Origin: Acidobacteriota bacterium | GTDB taxonomy: Bacteria; Acidobacteriota; UBA6911; RPQK01; JAJDTT01 | Assembly (NCBI GenBank): GCA_965217775.1 | Contig: CBDCJH010000002.1 | Span: 192,001 to 256,000 of the forward strand | DNA length: 64,000 bases | Direction of reading: 5' to 3' | Program-made: the position numbers and the translations under genes | In this document: positions 49,352 through 58,687 of the stretch, piece by piece | How positions within the stretch are numbered: the stretch's first letter is position 1 | Layout of the letters: every line of letters starts with the position of its first letter | Notes under the pieces: generated by a model | Seen by the model: only the letters and a program-made list of their open reading frames with translations | Database searches by the model: none | Told to the model about the DNA's origin: nothing

Positions 49352-50812
49352 TCAAAGGAACCGCCAGCCTCTCTGGCCGCTCAGGCCCCGGTTCGCCTTG
49401 CGGACGTATTCCCGATCCGGCAGTCCCACGAGACGGCCCTCCTGCAGCCACTCCAGGTCCGAGCCGTAGAGGTGGTCCACCAACAGCCGCACCAGACGGG
49501 CCTGAAGCTCCCGCAGGGAGGCACGCCCGGCCAGATTCCGTTGTTCCAGAGGGTCCTGGTCCAGATCGAAGAGCTGAAAGACATTTCCGACCGGATAATA
49601 GATCAGCTTGTAGCGCCGGTCGCGGATCATGCGGGTGGATTCCGGACCCTCCCGAAATTCGCCGTAGAGATGGTCACGGTCCTCTTCGCCGGCCAAGGAG
49701 ATCCCGTCCAGGAAATCGGGAGGTTCGAGTCCGCAAAGATCCAACAGCGTCGGCATTACGTCTCGAACCTCCGCCAGCCGTCGGTCGCGACTACCTGGAC
49801 GGAACCGTTCGTCACCCGCCGCCGGCACGATGATGAGGGGGATCCGGGCGGACTTCTCGTACATGACTCCCAAGGACCACATCTGGTGGTCTCCCAGCAT
49901 GTCGCCGTGATCCGCCATGAAGGCCACGATGGTGTCCTCCGACAGCCCCTCTTCGCGCAGCGTTCCCAGAACCATCCGAATCTGGTGATCGATGTGGGTG
50001 ATGGTGGCGTAGAAGGCTCTTCTCGCCAGGTCGATCTCGCCTGGAGTGGCCATTCGCATGCAGAATTGGTCCATGTACGGCTTGACACTGTAGGGCAGGT
50101 CCTCGAACGAGTGGGACCAGTCGCCGCAGACCATGGGGTCGAGTTCCAGGTTGCGGTAGAGATCGAGATCAGCGGCCGGCGGCCAGAGCGGCGGGTGCGG
50201 TCCCACGAAGGAGAGATACCAGAAACCGGGTTTCCTGGGGTCACGGCGCCGGATGGTGCGGCACATCTGCGCCGCCGCCCAGTTGGTGGGATGGCAGTGG
50301 TCGGGCAGGTGCCAGGAACGGGTCAGATAGTCGTTGTTGCTGAGTCCGCTGGCGTACTCCTGCCCCGGATAACCCTGATCGGCCAGGTAAAGTTCCCAGT
50401 CGTCGGCGTTGCCGTCGTCCAGATGATGCCGTCCTTCCTCGTTGAGGATCACCTCGTCGAAGCCGATGCGGTCACGCTGGGGATGGACATGGAGCTTGCC
50501 GACGGCATGCGCCTGATAGCCGGCTTCTCTGAAGAGCCCCGGCAACGTCGGCACCGTTTCCGGGTCCGGCATCTCCAAAGTCTCGTTGAAGACCCGGTCC
50601 CCGTGGTTCCGAGGCGAAAGGCCCGTCATCAGGCTTCGACGTGCGGGAATACAGATGGGACAGGCCGAATAGGCACGGTCGAAGTGAACGCCGTTTCGCG
50701 CCAGTTGGGCGATGGTGGGAGTCATCGCCACCGGATGTCCCGCCGGGCGGGTGAGGAGACCGGACCAGCGGTCGGCACAAATGAGCAGTACGTTGGGCCG
50801 TTTCTCCGCCAT
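49352..50812 (-). CDS. Cys-type sulfatase, copy 2 (486 aa, tandem paralog)
   Basis: Same length and colinear with copy 1; CIPAR motif retained. Confidence 0.93.
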   Translation of the reverse strand: MAEKRPNVLLICADRWSGLLTRPAGHPVAMTPTIAQLARNGVHFDRAYSACPICIPARRSLMTGLSPRNHGDRVFNETLEMPDPETVPTLPGLFREAGYQAHAVGKLHVHPQRDRIGFDEVILNEEGRHHLDDGNADDWELYLADQGYPGQEYASGLSNNDYLTRSWHLPDHCHPTNWAAAQMCRTIRRRDPRKPGFWYLSFVGPHPPLWPPAADLDLYRNLELDPMVCGDWSHSFEDLPYSVKPYMDQFCMRMATPGEIDLARRAFYATITHIDHQIRMVLGTLREEGLSEDTIVAFMADHGDMLGDHQMWSLGVMYEKSARIPLIIVPAAGDERFRPGSRDRRLAEVRDVMPTLLDLCGLEPPDFLDGISLAGEEDRDHLYGEFREGPESTRMIRDRRYKLIYYPVGNVFQLFDLDQDPLEQRNLAGRASLRELQARLVRLLVDHLYGSDLEWLQEGRLVGLPDREYVRKANRGLSGQRGWRFL

Positions 50813-50864
50813 TGCCGGGTTCCAGACTATACGAAAAGTCCCTATTACTCTCACCTTGGACCGA

Positions 50865-50893
50865 AGAGGGCGCCCACAAGGGGCGCTCCCTAC
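50865..50893 (-). repeat. GTAG-type REP
   Basis: Minus strand GTAGGGAGCGCCCCTTGTGGGCGCCCTCT. Confidence 0.75.
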
Positions 50894-50935
50894 GCCCCAT
50901 CTTTGATATCTTGAAGTAGTGACCGAGGAGGCTCC

Positions 50936-51946
50936 ATGTACAAGAATTGCATCGCCGACATCTCATCCCACCCCGTAACCGAGCCCCAGATCTTTTTCTC
51001 CAGGCGCCGGTTTCTGGGCGGGCTCTCCATCGCCGCAATGGCTGCCGGCAATCTGCTCTGCGGAAAGGCGGCGACGTCGAACACGATGTTGGAGGCTCCC
51101 TTCAAACGGCCCGACGTATTTCCGACAAAACGAAACCAGGCCTACTCGCTTCCGGCGGACATCGACCCCCGTATGACTCCCCGGGGAAGCGCCGCCGTGC
51201 ACAATAACTTTTACGAGTTCATTCCGGGACGTGGCGGGCCCGTCTGGGAGCATGTCGAGGACTTCAAGGTGGATCCTTGGAAGGTCGTGGTCAGCGGCGA
51301 GTGCCACGAGCCTCAGACTCTGGATCTGGACGATCTCTTCGGTTTCGAGCACGAGGAGAGGGTCTATCACTTCCGTTGCGTGGAGCGTTGGGCCATGAAC
51401 GTCCCTTGGAGCGGGTTCCCCTTGAGCAAGCTCCTGGACCGCGTGAAACCGAAGGCTTCGGCTCGCTTCGTCCGCTTTCTGAGTGCCTTGAAGCCCAGTC
51501 AGATGCCTGGGGTCCGGCAAGCCCGGCTCTATCCGTGGCCCTACCACGAGGCTTTGCGCATGGACGAGGCCATGAACGAGCTGACGCTGCTGGCGACCGG
51601 AGTGTACGGAGAGCCGCTCCTGAAGCAGCACGGCGCCCCGGTGAGGCTCATCGTCCCCTGGAAGTATGGCTACAAGAGCCCCAAGTCCATCGTGAAGATC
51701 GAATTGGTCAAGAAGCAGCCCAAGACCTTCTGGCAGATCCAGGCGCACGAGTACGGTTTTCTGTCCAACGTCAATCCCTACATTCCCCATCCCCGGTGGC
51801 CGCAGAACAGGTCGCACTGGCTCGACAGCGGCAATGAGTTTCCGACCCCCCTGTTCAACGGTTACGAAAAATATGTGGCCGCCCTCTATCCGGACGAGCC
51901 CAGAACTCTGCAGCGCGCCCTACGGTCCGGCCAGATCGCCCGCTGA
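50936..51946 (+). CDS. msrP: Methionine sulfoxide reductase catalytic subunit MsrP (molybdoenzyme)
   Basis: SRRRFL Tat motif, NNFYEF, ERVYHFRCVE.W, QHGAPVRLIVPWKYGYKS, TPLFNGY. Confidence 0.93.
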   Translation: MYKNCIADISSHPVTEPQIFFSRRRFLGGLSIAAMAAGNLLCGKAATSNTMLEAPFKRPDVFPTKRNQAYSLPADIDPRMTPRGSAAVHNNFYEFIPGRGGPVWEHVEDFKVDPWKVVVSGECHEPQTLDLDDLFGFEHEERVYHFRCVERWAMNVPWSGFPLSKLLDRVKPKASARFVRFLSALKPSQMPGVRQARLYPWPYHEALRMDEAMNELTLLATGVYGEPLLKQHGAPVRLIVPWKYGYKSPKSIVKIELVKKQPKTFWQIQAHEYGFLSNVNPYIPHPRWPQNRSHWLDSGNEFPTPLFNGYEKYVAALYPDEPRTLQRALRSGQIAR

Positions 51947-51996
51947 TTCCCGTCCGGCGGAGAAATGCGGGCTGGAGGGTTCGCACGCGGTGCGTC

Positions 51997-52659
51997 ATGT
52001 CCCATGAGTCGACTCTGATCCTGGCCTCGGGATCTCCACGCCGGAGGGAACTAATTGCGCGCCTGGGCTTCCCCTTTGTCTGTCGTGCAAGCGGCCTGGA
52101 CGAAGAGAAAGTCGAGGCGCCTGAAACTTCGATTCTGGCTGCCAGTCTGGCCCGGATGAAGGCCCGCAAGGTCGCCTCCGGTGCGCGCCAGGGCCTCGTC
52201 ATCGGGTGTGACACGCTGGTGTGTCTGGATGGCAGGATCCTGGGCAAACCGTCCGATCGCCACGATGCCCGGCAGATGCTCTGGACGCTTCGGGGCCGTA
52301 CCCACGATGTGGTCACGGCCGTGGCCGTGCTCGAGGCTCAATCGGGAAGGGAAGTGACGTCGGTGGTGACTTCCCAGGTGCGCATGCGCCGCTTCGGCCA
52401 AACTGTTCTGAGCCGTTATCTGGATTCGGGCGATTCGCTGGACAAGGCGGGCGCCTACGGGATTCAGACGGCCGGAGCCGAGTTGGTGGAGTCCTTTTCC
52501 GGATGCTATTTCAACATCGTCGGCCTTCCACTCTGTGAACTGACCCGGCTCCTGACCCGGTTCGGGATGGATTCGGATCCGACCCGCCCCGCGTGCGATT
52601 TGCCCGGCGGCCAAGTCTGTCCGCGCTGGGAAGGCGCGTCGGTCTGGGAGATCAAGTGA
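51997..52659 (+). CDS. maf: Maf family nucleotide pyrophosphatase
   Basis: LILASGSPRR, GCDT, ILGKP, DKAGAYGIQ, NIVGLP. Confidence 0.94.
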   Translation: MSHESTLILASGSPRRRELIARLGFPFVCRASGLDEEKVEAPETSILAASLARMKARKVASGARQGLVIGCDTLVCLDGRILGKPSDRHDARQMLWTLRGRTHDVVTAVAVLEAQSGREVTSVVTSQVRMRRFGQTVLSRYLDSGDSLDKAGAYGIQTAGAELVESFSGCYFNIVGLPLCELTRLLTRFGMDSDPTRPACDLPGGQVCPRWEGASVWEIK

Positions 52660-52680
52660 GCCCAGGGCGACGACAAGCGA

Positions 52681-52708
52681 AGAGGGCAACCACAAGGGTT
52701 GCCCCTAC
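52681..52708 (-). repeat. GTAG-type REP
   Basis: Minus strand GTAGGGGCAACCCTTGTGGTTGCCCTCT. Confidence 0.75.
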
Positions 52709-52768
52709 GAGGTTCCGGTTCCTTTCCCGCGTGTATACTCGCGGACGAACCGGAAACCAGGGGCAACC

Positions 52769-53935
52769 ATGAAACGATGGAATCTCGTGCTGGCGCTCGC
52801 GGCCATGGCGGCGGCCAGTGCCTGGCTGGCTGTGGGAGTCGGCGGCGACGACGACGCCAGGGCGCGCCGGCTGCATTTTTCTTCGTTGGTGCTGGACACT
52901 CACATCGATACCCCGTTGCAGATGAAGGACCCGAACTGGGACTTCGGACAGGAGCACGAATCGGGGCACGTGGACCTGCCGCGTCTGAAGCGGGGAGGAT
53001 TGGACGGCGCCTTCTTCTCCATTTACATGCCCGGGACCGTCACCGGTCCCAAGGCCGTCAGCGACTCACTAAAGACGATTGCCTCGGTTCATCGTCTGGT
53101 GGAGCTGTATGGGGATTCCCTGGAACTGTGCACCAACGCCTCCGGTGTGCGCCGGGCCCAACGATCGGGCAAGTTCGCCGTGCTCATGGGGATGGAGGGG
53201 GGGCACATGATCCACAACAGCCTCCCCATTCTCCGGATGTATGCCCGGCTCGGGATCCGCTATCTGACGCTGACCCACAACGTGAACACCGAGTGGGCCG
53301 ATTCGGTGGCTGATTCGCGCGTCTACGGGGGACTGAACGAGTTGGGAGTAAGCGTGGTGAAGGAGCTGAACCGATTGGGCGTGCTGGTGGACGTCTCCCA
53401 TGTTTCGGACGAGACCTTCTGGGACGTTCTGGAGGTCAGCGAAGCCCCGGTGGTGGCGAGCCACTCCTCCTGCCGGGATCTGTCGAATCATCCCCGGAAC
53501 ATGAATGACGAGATGATTCGGGGCCTGGCCAAACAGGGAGGTGTGATCCAGATCACCTTCGTGGATCAGTTTCTGGACGTGGAGCATCATGCGGCTCGGG
53601 AGGCCTCGATCCAGAAGGCGTCTTCAGATGGGGAGGCGGAAACGGACCGGGAGCCGATCCCCCCGGTGAATTGGGAGAGGATCGTGGACCACATCGATCA
53701 CGCCGTCCGGGTGGCGGGAGTGGACCATGTGGGTCTCGGCTCCGATTTCGACGGTGCGGACATGCCCCGGGGGATGGAGGACGTCAGCTTTCTCCCCAAG
53801 ATTACCCAAGAGCTGCTGGAACGGGGCTACGACGAAAGCCAGATCAGATTGATCCTGGGTGAGAACACGCTGAGGGTCCTGCAGCAGGCGGAAGAGGTCG
53901 CCATCGGCATCCGGGCTCGGGAGGGCGCCCGATGA
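52769..53935 (+). CDS. Membrane dipeptidase (peptidase M19), secreted
   Basis: DTHID, MEGGH, TLTH, DVSH, ASHS, GSDFDG. Confidence 0.93.
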   Translation: MKRWNLVLALAAMAAASAWLAVGVGGDDDARARRLHFSSLVLDTHIDTPLQMKDPNWDFGQEHESGHVDLPRLKRGGLDGAFFSIYMPGTVTGPKAVSDSLKTIASVHRLVELYGDSLELCTNASGVRRAQRSGKFAVLMGMEGGHMIHNSLPILRMYARLGIRYLTLTHNVNTEWADSVADSRVYGGLNELGVSVVKELNRLGVLVDVSHVSDETFWDVLEVSEAPVVASHSSCRDLSNHPRNMNDEMIRGLAKQGGVIQITFVDQFLDVEHHAAREASIQKASSDGEAETDREPIPPVNWERIVDHIDHAVRVAGVDHVGLGSDFDGADMPRGMEDVSFLPKITQELLERGYDESQIRLILGENTLRVLQQAEEVAIGIRAREGAR

Positions 53936-53994
53936 TTCCGGCATCCCTCCGGCACTTGCCACCCGGCCGCCGGATTCATTACCCTGCACTGGTT

Positions 53995-54555
53995 ATGAGA
54001 AGACTTCTGCTGTCCCTTCTTCTGGTTCCCGTCCAGGTCAGCGCCGTGGTCGCGCTTCAGGGCCCCAGCCGCGGGATCACTTCCGTCTCCCCCGACGGGC
54101 GGGAGTTCGTAAACGTCTTCAACGCCGCCTCCGACCGGACCCGGCTGGTGGCGGTTTTCTCTCCCACGTGCGGCCACTGCCTCCGGGGAGCGGCCGACAT
54201 CCAGAACATTCTCAGTCAGGAATCCGGAGCCAGAATCAAGGTTCTGATTCTCTGGGCGCCCATCCTGGGAATGGATTCCAAAAGAGCGGCACAGCAGGCC
54301 GCCGCCTATCTTCGGGACCCGCGGGCCGAACATTTCTGGGACCTTTGGAACTTCGGCCGCCAACACTACAACAAGCAGCTCCAATATCCCGAAGATGCTT
54401 CGGCTTGGAACCTCTTCATCCTCTACAAACCCCACCTTGCCTGGCGCCAGGGCGGTCCGGAGCCGACGGTCTGGATGCAGGGTCACGATCTGGACATCGG
54501 TCTGAAATACACGGCGGAGCTGCTCCACGAGCACGTCAAGAAGTGGGTCCGCTGA
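53995..54555 (+). CDS. Secreted thioredoxin-fold-like protein with CxxC
   Basis: Signal peptide; RLVAVFSPTCGHCLRGA; HFWD. Confidence 0.65.
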   Translation: MRRLLLSLLLVPVQVSAVVALQGPSRGITSVSPDGREFVNVFNAASDRTRLVAVFSPTCGHCLRGAADIQNILSQESGARIKVLILWAPILGMDSKRAAQQAAAYLRDPRAEHFWDLWNFGRQHYNKQLQYPEDASAWNLFILYKPHLAWRQGGPEPTVWMQGHDLDIGLKYTAELLHEHVKKWVR

Positions 54556-54594
54556 TCGCCGGGGCCGTAGCCGGAGGTCGAATCCGGCGGCCGG

Positions 54595-55527
54595 TCAACC
54601 GAAGGTGTCGGGCTGGGATGCCTGGTCGAGGCGCTCTCTCAATTCCGGATCCAAACCCCGTTCCAGGGTCTCGAAGGCCTGATCCACGTGGGAGATCTTT
54701 CTCCCTCCGATGAGAACGCAGGTGATGCCGGGGTGAAAAAAGGTCCAGGCCAGCGCCAGGTCCACCAGTGAACGTCCTGCCTCCGCGGCGATGGCCTTGA
54801 TCCGGTCCACACACGCGAAGTTCCGATTACTGAAGAAGACGTCCTGGTGGCCGGGAGCCACGTCGAACCGGGTGCCGGCGGGGATAGGACCTCCCTTGGA
54901 GTACTTGCCGGCCAGGAATCCCGAGGCGATGGGAGCGTAGGAAATGATGGCCACGTCCTGGTCCTTGCACAGGGGGATCATCTCCGATTCGATGCTGCGT
55001 TCGACCAGGCTGAAGGAAGGTTGCATCGATTCGAAGCGGGCCCATCCGCTCCGGTCCTGGCGCCAGAGCGCCTTGCAGAATTGCCAGGCGGCGCAGTTGC
55101 TCAGTCCCAGATGGCGGACCTTCCCCGCCTGAACGGCCCGGTCCAGGCTCTCCAGGATCTCGTCCAAGGGGTCCCCGTCGTGGGGAAAGTGGTGGATCTG
55201 AAAAAGGTCGATCCAATCGGTCTGCAGGCATTGCAGACTCTGCTCGATCTTCTCGGTGATGATGGTTCCGTTCAGCTTCCCGTAGCATTTGGTGGCCAGG
55301 ATGATCTCCTGGCGGTTCTTCCGGTCGGCGAGCCAGCAGCCGATGATGCGTTCCGATTCGCGGTTGCTGTAGGCCTCGGCCGTGTCCAGAAGATTGATTC
55401 CCCGCTCCAGAGCGCGATCCATGAGGCGCCAGGCGGTCGGCCCGTCGATCTCCCGGCCGAATGTGGCTCCTCCGAAGGCGATCTGGCTCACTCGAAGTTC
55501 AGTGCTGCCGAAGCGTCGGTATTCCAT
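54595..55527 (-). CDS. Aldo/keto reductase
   Basis: DTAEAY, ILATK, IDLFQIH, GKVRHLGLSN, YAPIASGFL. Confidence 0.93.
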   Translation of the reverse strand: MEYRRFGSTELRVSQIAFGGATFGREIDGPTAWRLMDRALERGINLLDTAEAYSNRESERIIGCWLADRKNRQEIILATKCYGKLNGTIITEKIEQSLQCLQTDWIDLFQIHHFPHDGDPLDEILESLDRAVQAGKVRHLGLSNCAAWQFCKALWRQDRSGWARFESMQPSFSLVERSIESEMIPLCKDQDVAIISYAPIASGFLAGKYSKGGPIPAGTRFDVAPGHQDVFFSNRNFACVDRIKAIAAEAGRSLVDLALAWTFFHPGITCVLIGGRKISHVDQAFETLERGLDPELRERLDQASQPDTFG

Positions 55528-55551
55528 CGGTCGGTCCTCCTGGGAAGGCGG

Positions 55552-55580
55552 ATTGTAGGTTTGAACCGGAAGAGTGTCAA
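55552..55580 (-). promoter_or_regulatory. Putative sigma70 promoter for the aldo/keto reductase
   Basis: TTGACA-N17-TACAAT on the minus strand; AGGAGG RBS before the ATG. Confidence 0.65.
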
Positions 55581-55711
55581 GGCTTGTGGGAGGAGGGAAT
55601 CGGCCCTGAATTTGCGCCTTTTCCGACCCTTCAAGTACCATACGTCCGGGCGAGTTGAGGCCGTACCCCTCTCCTCCCGGGCCGGGTGAATCGTCTCGAG
55701 AGACAGGCTCC

Positions 55712-56989
55712 ATGAAGCGGGATTTCGCGTTCGAAATGTCGATGTCCAACATCCGCTTCGGGAGCGGCGCCACCCGGGAAGTGGGGATGGACCTGGCCGA
55801 TCTCGGCGCCAAGCGGGTCATGGTTCTCTCAGACCCGAACCTGGCGGAGAGCCCTCCCGTCGAGTCGGCCCTGGAATCCCTCTCACGTGAAAACGTCGAA
55901 TTCTCCCTTTTCGACGCGGTCCGCGTAGAGCCGACGGACGCTTCGTTTCAAGAGGCCATCGATTTCGCGACGGAAGGCGGATTCGACGCCTTCGTCGCCG
56001 TAGGCGGCGGCTCCACCATGGACACCGCCAAGGCGGCCAACCTCTACTCCACGTATCCCGCGGACTTGCTGGAATATGTGAATCATCCGATTGGACGGGG
56101 CCGGCCGGTTCCAGGTCCGCTCAAGCCCTTGATCGCCATTCCCACTACGGCCGGCACGGGGAGCGAGACTACCGGTGTGGCCATCTTCGATCTGCATGGC
56201 ATGAAGGCCAAGACGGGAATCGCTCACCGGAGACTGAGACCCACGCTGGGCATCATCGATCCCGAGAACACCAGGACCTTGCCGCCCGTCGTGGCCGCCT
56301 CTACGGGTCTGGACGTCCTGAGCCATGCTCTCGAGTCCTATACGGCCATCCCCTTCGGCCAGCGGCCCCTTCCCGCACGGCCGGTGGAGCGGCCCGCCTA
56401 TCAGGGCTCCAATCCGGTCAGCGACATCTGGGCCCGGCAGAGCCTCGCGATCGTCTCCCGCTACCTGGTCCGGGCCGTAGCGGATCCTGAGGACGAAAAA
56501 GCCCGTTCCCAGATGCTGCTGGCCGCGGCCTACGCCGGTATCGGATTCGGAAACGCCGGGGTGCATCTGCCCCATGGCATGTCCTATCCGGTCTCCGGCA
56601 TGGTCAAGAGCTTCCGCCCGGAGGGTTACGGACCCGGCCATCCCCTGGTTCCCCACGGCATGTCCGTCATCCTGAACGCTCCGGCGGTTTTCCGTTTCAC
56701 CGCCGCCGCCTGTCCCGGACGCCACTTGGAGGCCGCCCGGATCCTGGGGGCGCGCGCGTCCGGCGCCAGTGAGGAGGATGCGGGTGAAATCCTGGCGGAT
56801 GAGATCATTCGCATGATGCGGCGCCTGAAGATGCCCAGCGGTCTCGCCGAAATCGGGTATGATGCGGGAGACATCCCCGGGTTGGTGCGGGGAACGCTGC
56901 CCCAACACCGCGTGACGAAACTCTCTCCTCGCCCTGCCGGTGAGGAGGAACTGGCCCGAATGTATGAAGATGCGATGGCTTACTGGTAA
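55712..56989 (+). CDS. Hydroxyacid-oxoacid transhydrogenase (Fe-ADH family, ADHFE1-like)
   Basis: GGGSTMD, PTTAGTGSETT, RPAYQGSNP, GNAGVHLPHGMSYPVSG, PHG. Confidence 0.9.
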   Translation: MKRDFAFEMSMSNIRFGSGATREVGMDLADLGAKRVMVLSDPNLAESPPVESALESLSRENVEFSLFDAVRVEPTDASFQEAIDFATEGGFDAFVAVGGGSTMDTAKAANLYSTYPADLLEYVNHPIGRGRPVPGPLKPLIAIPTTAGTGSETTGVAIFDLHGMKAKTGIAHRRLRPTLGIIDPENTRTLPPVVAASTGLDVLSHALESYTAIPFGQRPLPARPVERPAYQGSNPVSDIWARQSLAIVSRYLVRAVADPEDEKARSQMLLAAAYAGIGFGNAGVHLPHGMSYPVSGMVKSFRPEGYGPGHPLVPHGMSVILNAPAVFRFTAAACPGRHLEAARILGARASGASEEDAGEILADEIIRMMRRLKMPSGLAEIGYDAGDIPGLVRGTLPQHRVTKLSPRPAGEEELARMYEDAMAYW

Positions 56990-57386
56990 TTTTCGGTGGT
57001 GGCAGTTGGTTGTCGGCGCCGGTCTGTGCCTGGTCTCCTCCGGCTCGGAATGGGTCCTGGCCCAGGATGTGGGATCGCCGGTTCCTCCACCCTTCCGGGC
57101 TGAGCGCCGCTCCGATTTCAATCCCACCCGCACCGTCAAGGGCATGTTGATCGGGATCAGCCACGAACGGATGAGTCTCACCGTGCTGGACCGCAAGGAG
57201 GGCACCTCCTTTGCGCTCTTCTTCCCTGAAAACGCCAAAGTGAAGGCCTCCAGGAAGATCCGGAAGGCACTGGGGAAGAAGAAGACGTCGTGGCAGGACC
57301 TGAAACCGGGCTTCCGGATCGAGGTGAAGTTTCTGGAACTGAACCGGGAAGTCCTGGAGATCAAACTCCTGAAGGTCGAGAGCTGA
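56970..57386 (+). CDS. Hypothetical exported basic protein (possible OB-like fold)
   Basis: Signal peptide-like N-terminus, DLKPGFRIEV motif, operonic position; start uncertain. Confidence 0.6.
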   Translation: MRWLTGNFRWWQLVVGAGLCLVSSGSEWVLAQDVGSPVPPPFRAERRSDFNPTRTVKGMLIGISHERMSLTVLDRKEGTSFALFFPENAKVKASRKIRKALGKKKTSWQDLKPGFRIEVKFLELNREVLEIKLLKVES

Positions 57387-57418
57387 GCGGCCGAATCGAC
57401 CCTTTCTGGTCGACGGAG

Positions 57419-58678
57419 ATGGGAGTGGGCAAGGATCGGAGTTCGGCTCACACCGGTACATCCAACCGGAGACGGTTCCTGGAAGGGACGGTGGCGGCGC
57501 TGGCCGGGAGTTCGGTTCTGGCTGGGAGCGTCTCCCAATCCGGTTCCGGGGCAGACTGGTTTCAGATTCGGAAACAGTTCCTCTTAAAGCCGGGCACGAT
57601 CTACCTGAACTGCGCCAGTATCGGTGTTCCTCCGGCGCCGGTGGTGGACGCGCTGACCCGGAATCGGCGATCCATGGCCGTGGACCCGGTCGGCGCCAAA
57701 AGCGACTTGAGCCGCCGGATCATCGAGCATTCTCGTCCCTCCCTGGCCGCCTTTCTGGGGGTGGATCCCCAGGAGGTGGCCTTTACCCAGAACGCGAGCC
57801 AGGGTCTGCAAAGCATCGCCGTCGGGATTGCCCTGAAACGGGGAGACGAGGTGCTGACCACGAGCCACGAGCACCCCGCCGGGATTCGACCCTGGAGGCG
57901 GCGGGCCCAACTGGAAGGGATCGTGGTGCACGAGGTCCCCATGCCCAGTCCGCTCCCTCCCAAGGAAAAAATTCTGGAGCGGATCGGTGCCCGCATGACT
58001 TCCAGGACCCGGGTCCTGTTCTTCTGTCAGGTCACACGCGGCGGCCTGCTCAACCCCGTCAAGGAACTCTGTGCGCTGGCCCGGGAGAGAGGGGTGCTCT
58101 CGGCGGTGGACGGGGCTCAGGCGGTGGGAATGATGCCGGTCGACCTCGGCAACCTGGGATGCGATTTTTTCGCGGCCAGCCTCCACAAGTGGGTTCTGGC
58201 CCCGGCGGGAACCGGCGTGCTCTTTGTCCGGCGGCAAGTCCAGGACGAATTCTCTCCTGGACTCGCATTGAAGGAGCCGGCCGACGCCCGCCGCTTTCAG
58301 ATGCCGGGGACCTTCGGGTATTCGGTCCGCGCCAGCCTCGGCGACGCCATCGCTTTTCTCCGCAATCTCGGTCTGGAACGGATCGGCGCGCGAAACCGCC
58401 AGTTGTCCGACTATCTGAAGGAGAGGCTGGCAAGTCTGCCCCGGGTCCGATTGATCAGTTCCCGGTCGCCCCGTCTTTCCTCTCCTGGCATCACCATCTT
58501 CGAGGTTCCGGGGCATGGCGGGATGGAACTGAGAGCTGGACTTCAAGAACGGGGCATCGGTGTGGATGACCATGTCCGCGACGGACACGACGCGGTCCGG
58601 ATCGCCACCCACTTTTTCAACACTCGAGCCGAGATCGACCGGACCCTCTCGGCGCTGCAGGAATTGATCCGGGCCTGA
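57419..58678 (+). CDS. Tat-exported class V PLP aminotransferase-fold enzyme (isopenicillin-N epimerase-like)
   Basis: NRRRFL, YLNCASIG, HEHP, VDGAQ, SLHKW.LAP.GTG, VRIATH. Confidence 0.88.
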   Translation: MGVGKDRSSAHTGTSNRRRFLEGTVAALAGSSVLAGSVSQSGSGADWFQIRKQFLLKPGTIYLNCASIGVPPAPVVDALTRNRRSMAVDPVGAKSDLSRRIIEHSRPSLAAFLGVDPQEVAFTQNASQGLQSIAVGIALKRGDEVLTTSHEHPAGIRPWRRRAQLEGIVVHEVPMPSPLPPKEKILERIGARMTSRTRVLFFCQVTRGGLLNPVKELCALARERGVLSAVDGAQAVGMMPVDLGNLGCDFFAASLHKWVLAPAGTGVLFVRRQVQDEFSPGLALKEPADARRFQMPGTFGYSVRASLGDAIAFLRNLGLERIGARNRQLSDYLKERLASLPRVRLISSRSPRLSSPGITIFEVPGHGGMELRAGLQERGIGVDDHVRDGHDAVRIATHFFNTRAEIDRTLSALQELIRA

Positions 58679-58687
58679 GGCCGAAAA

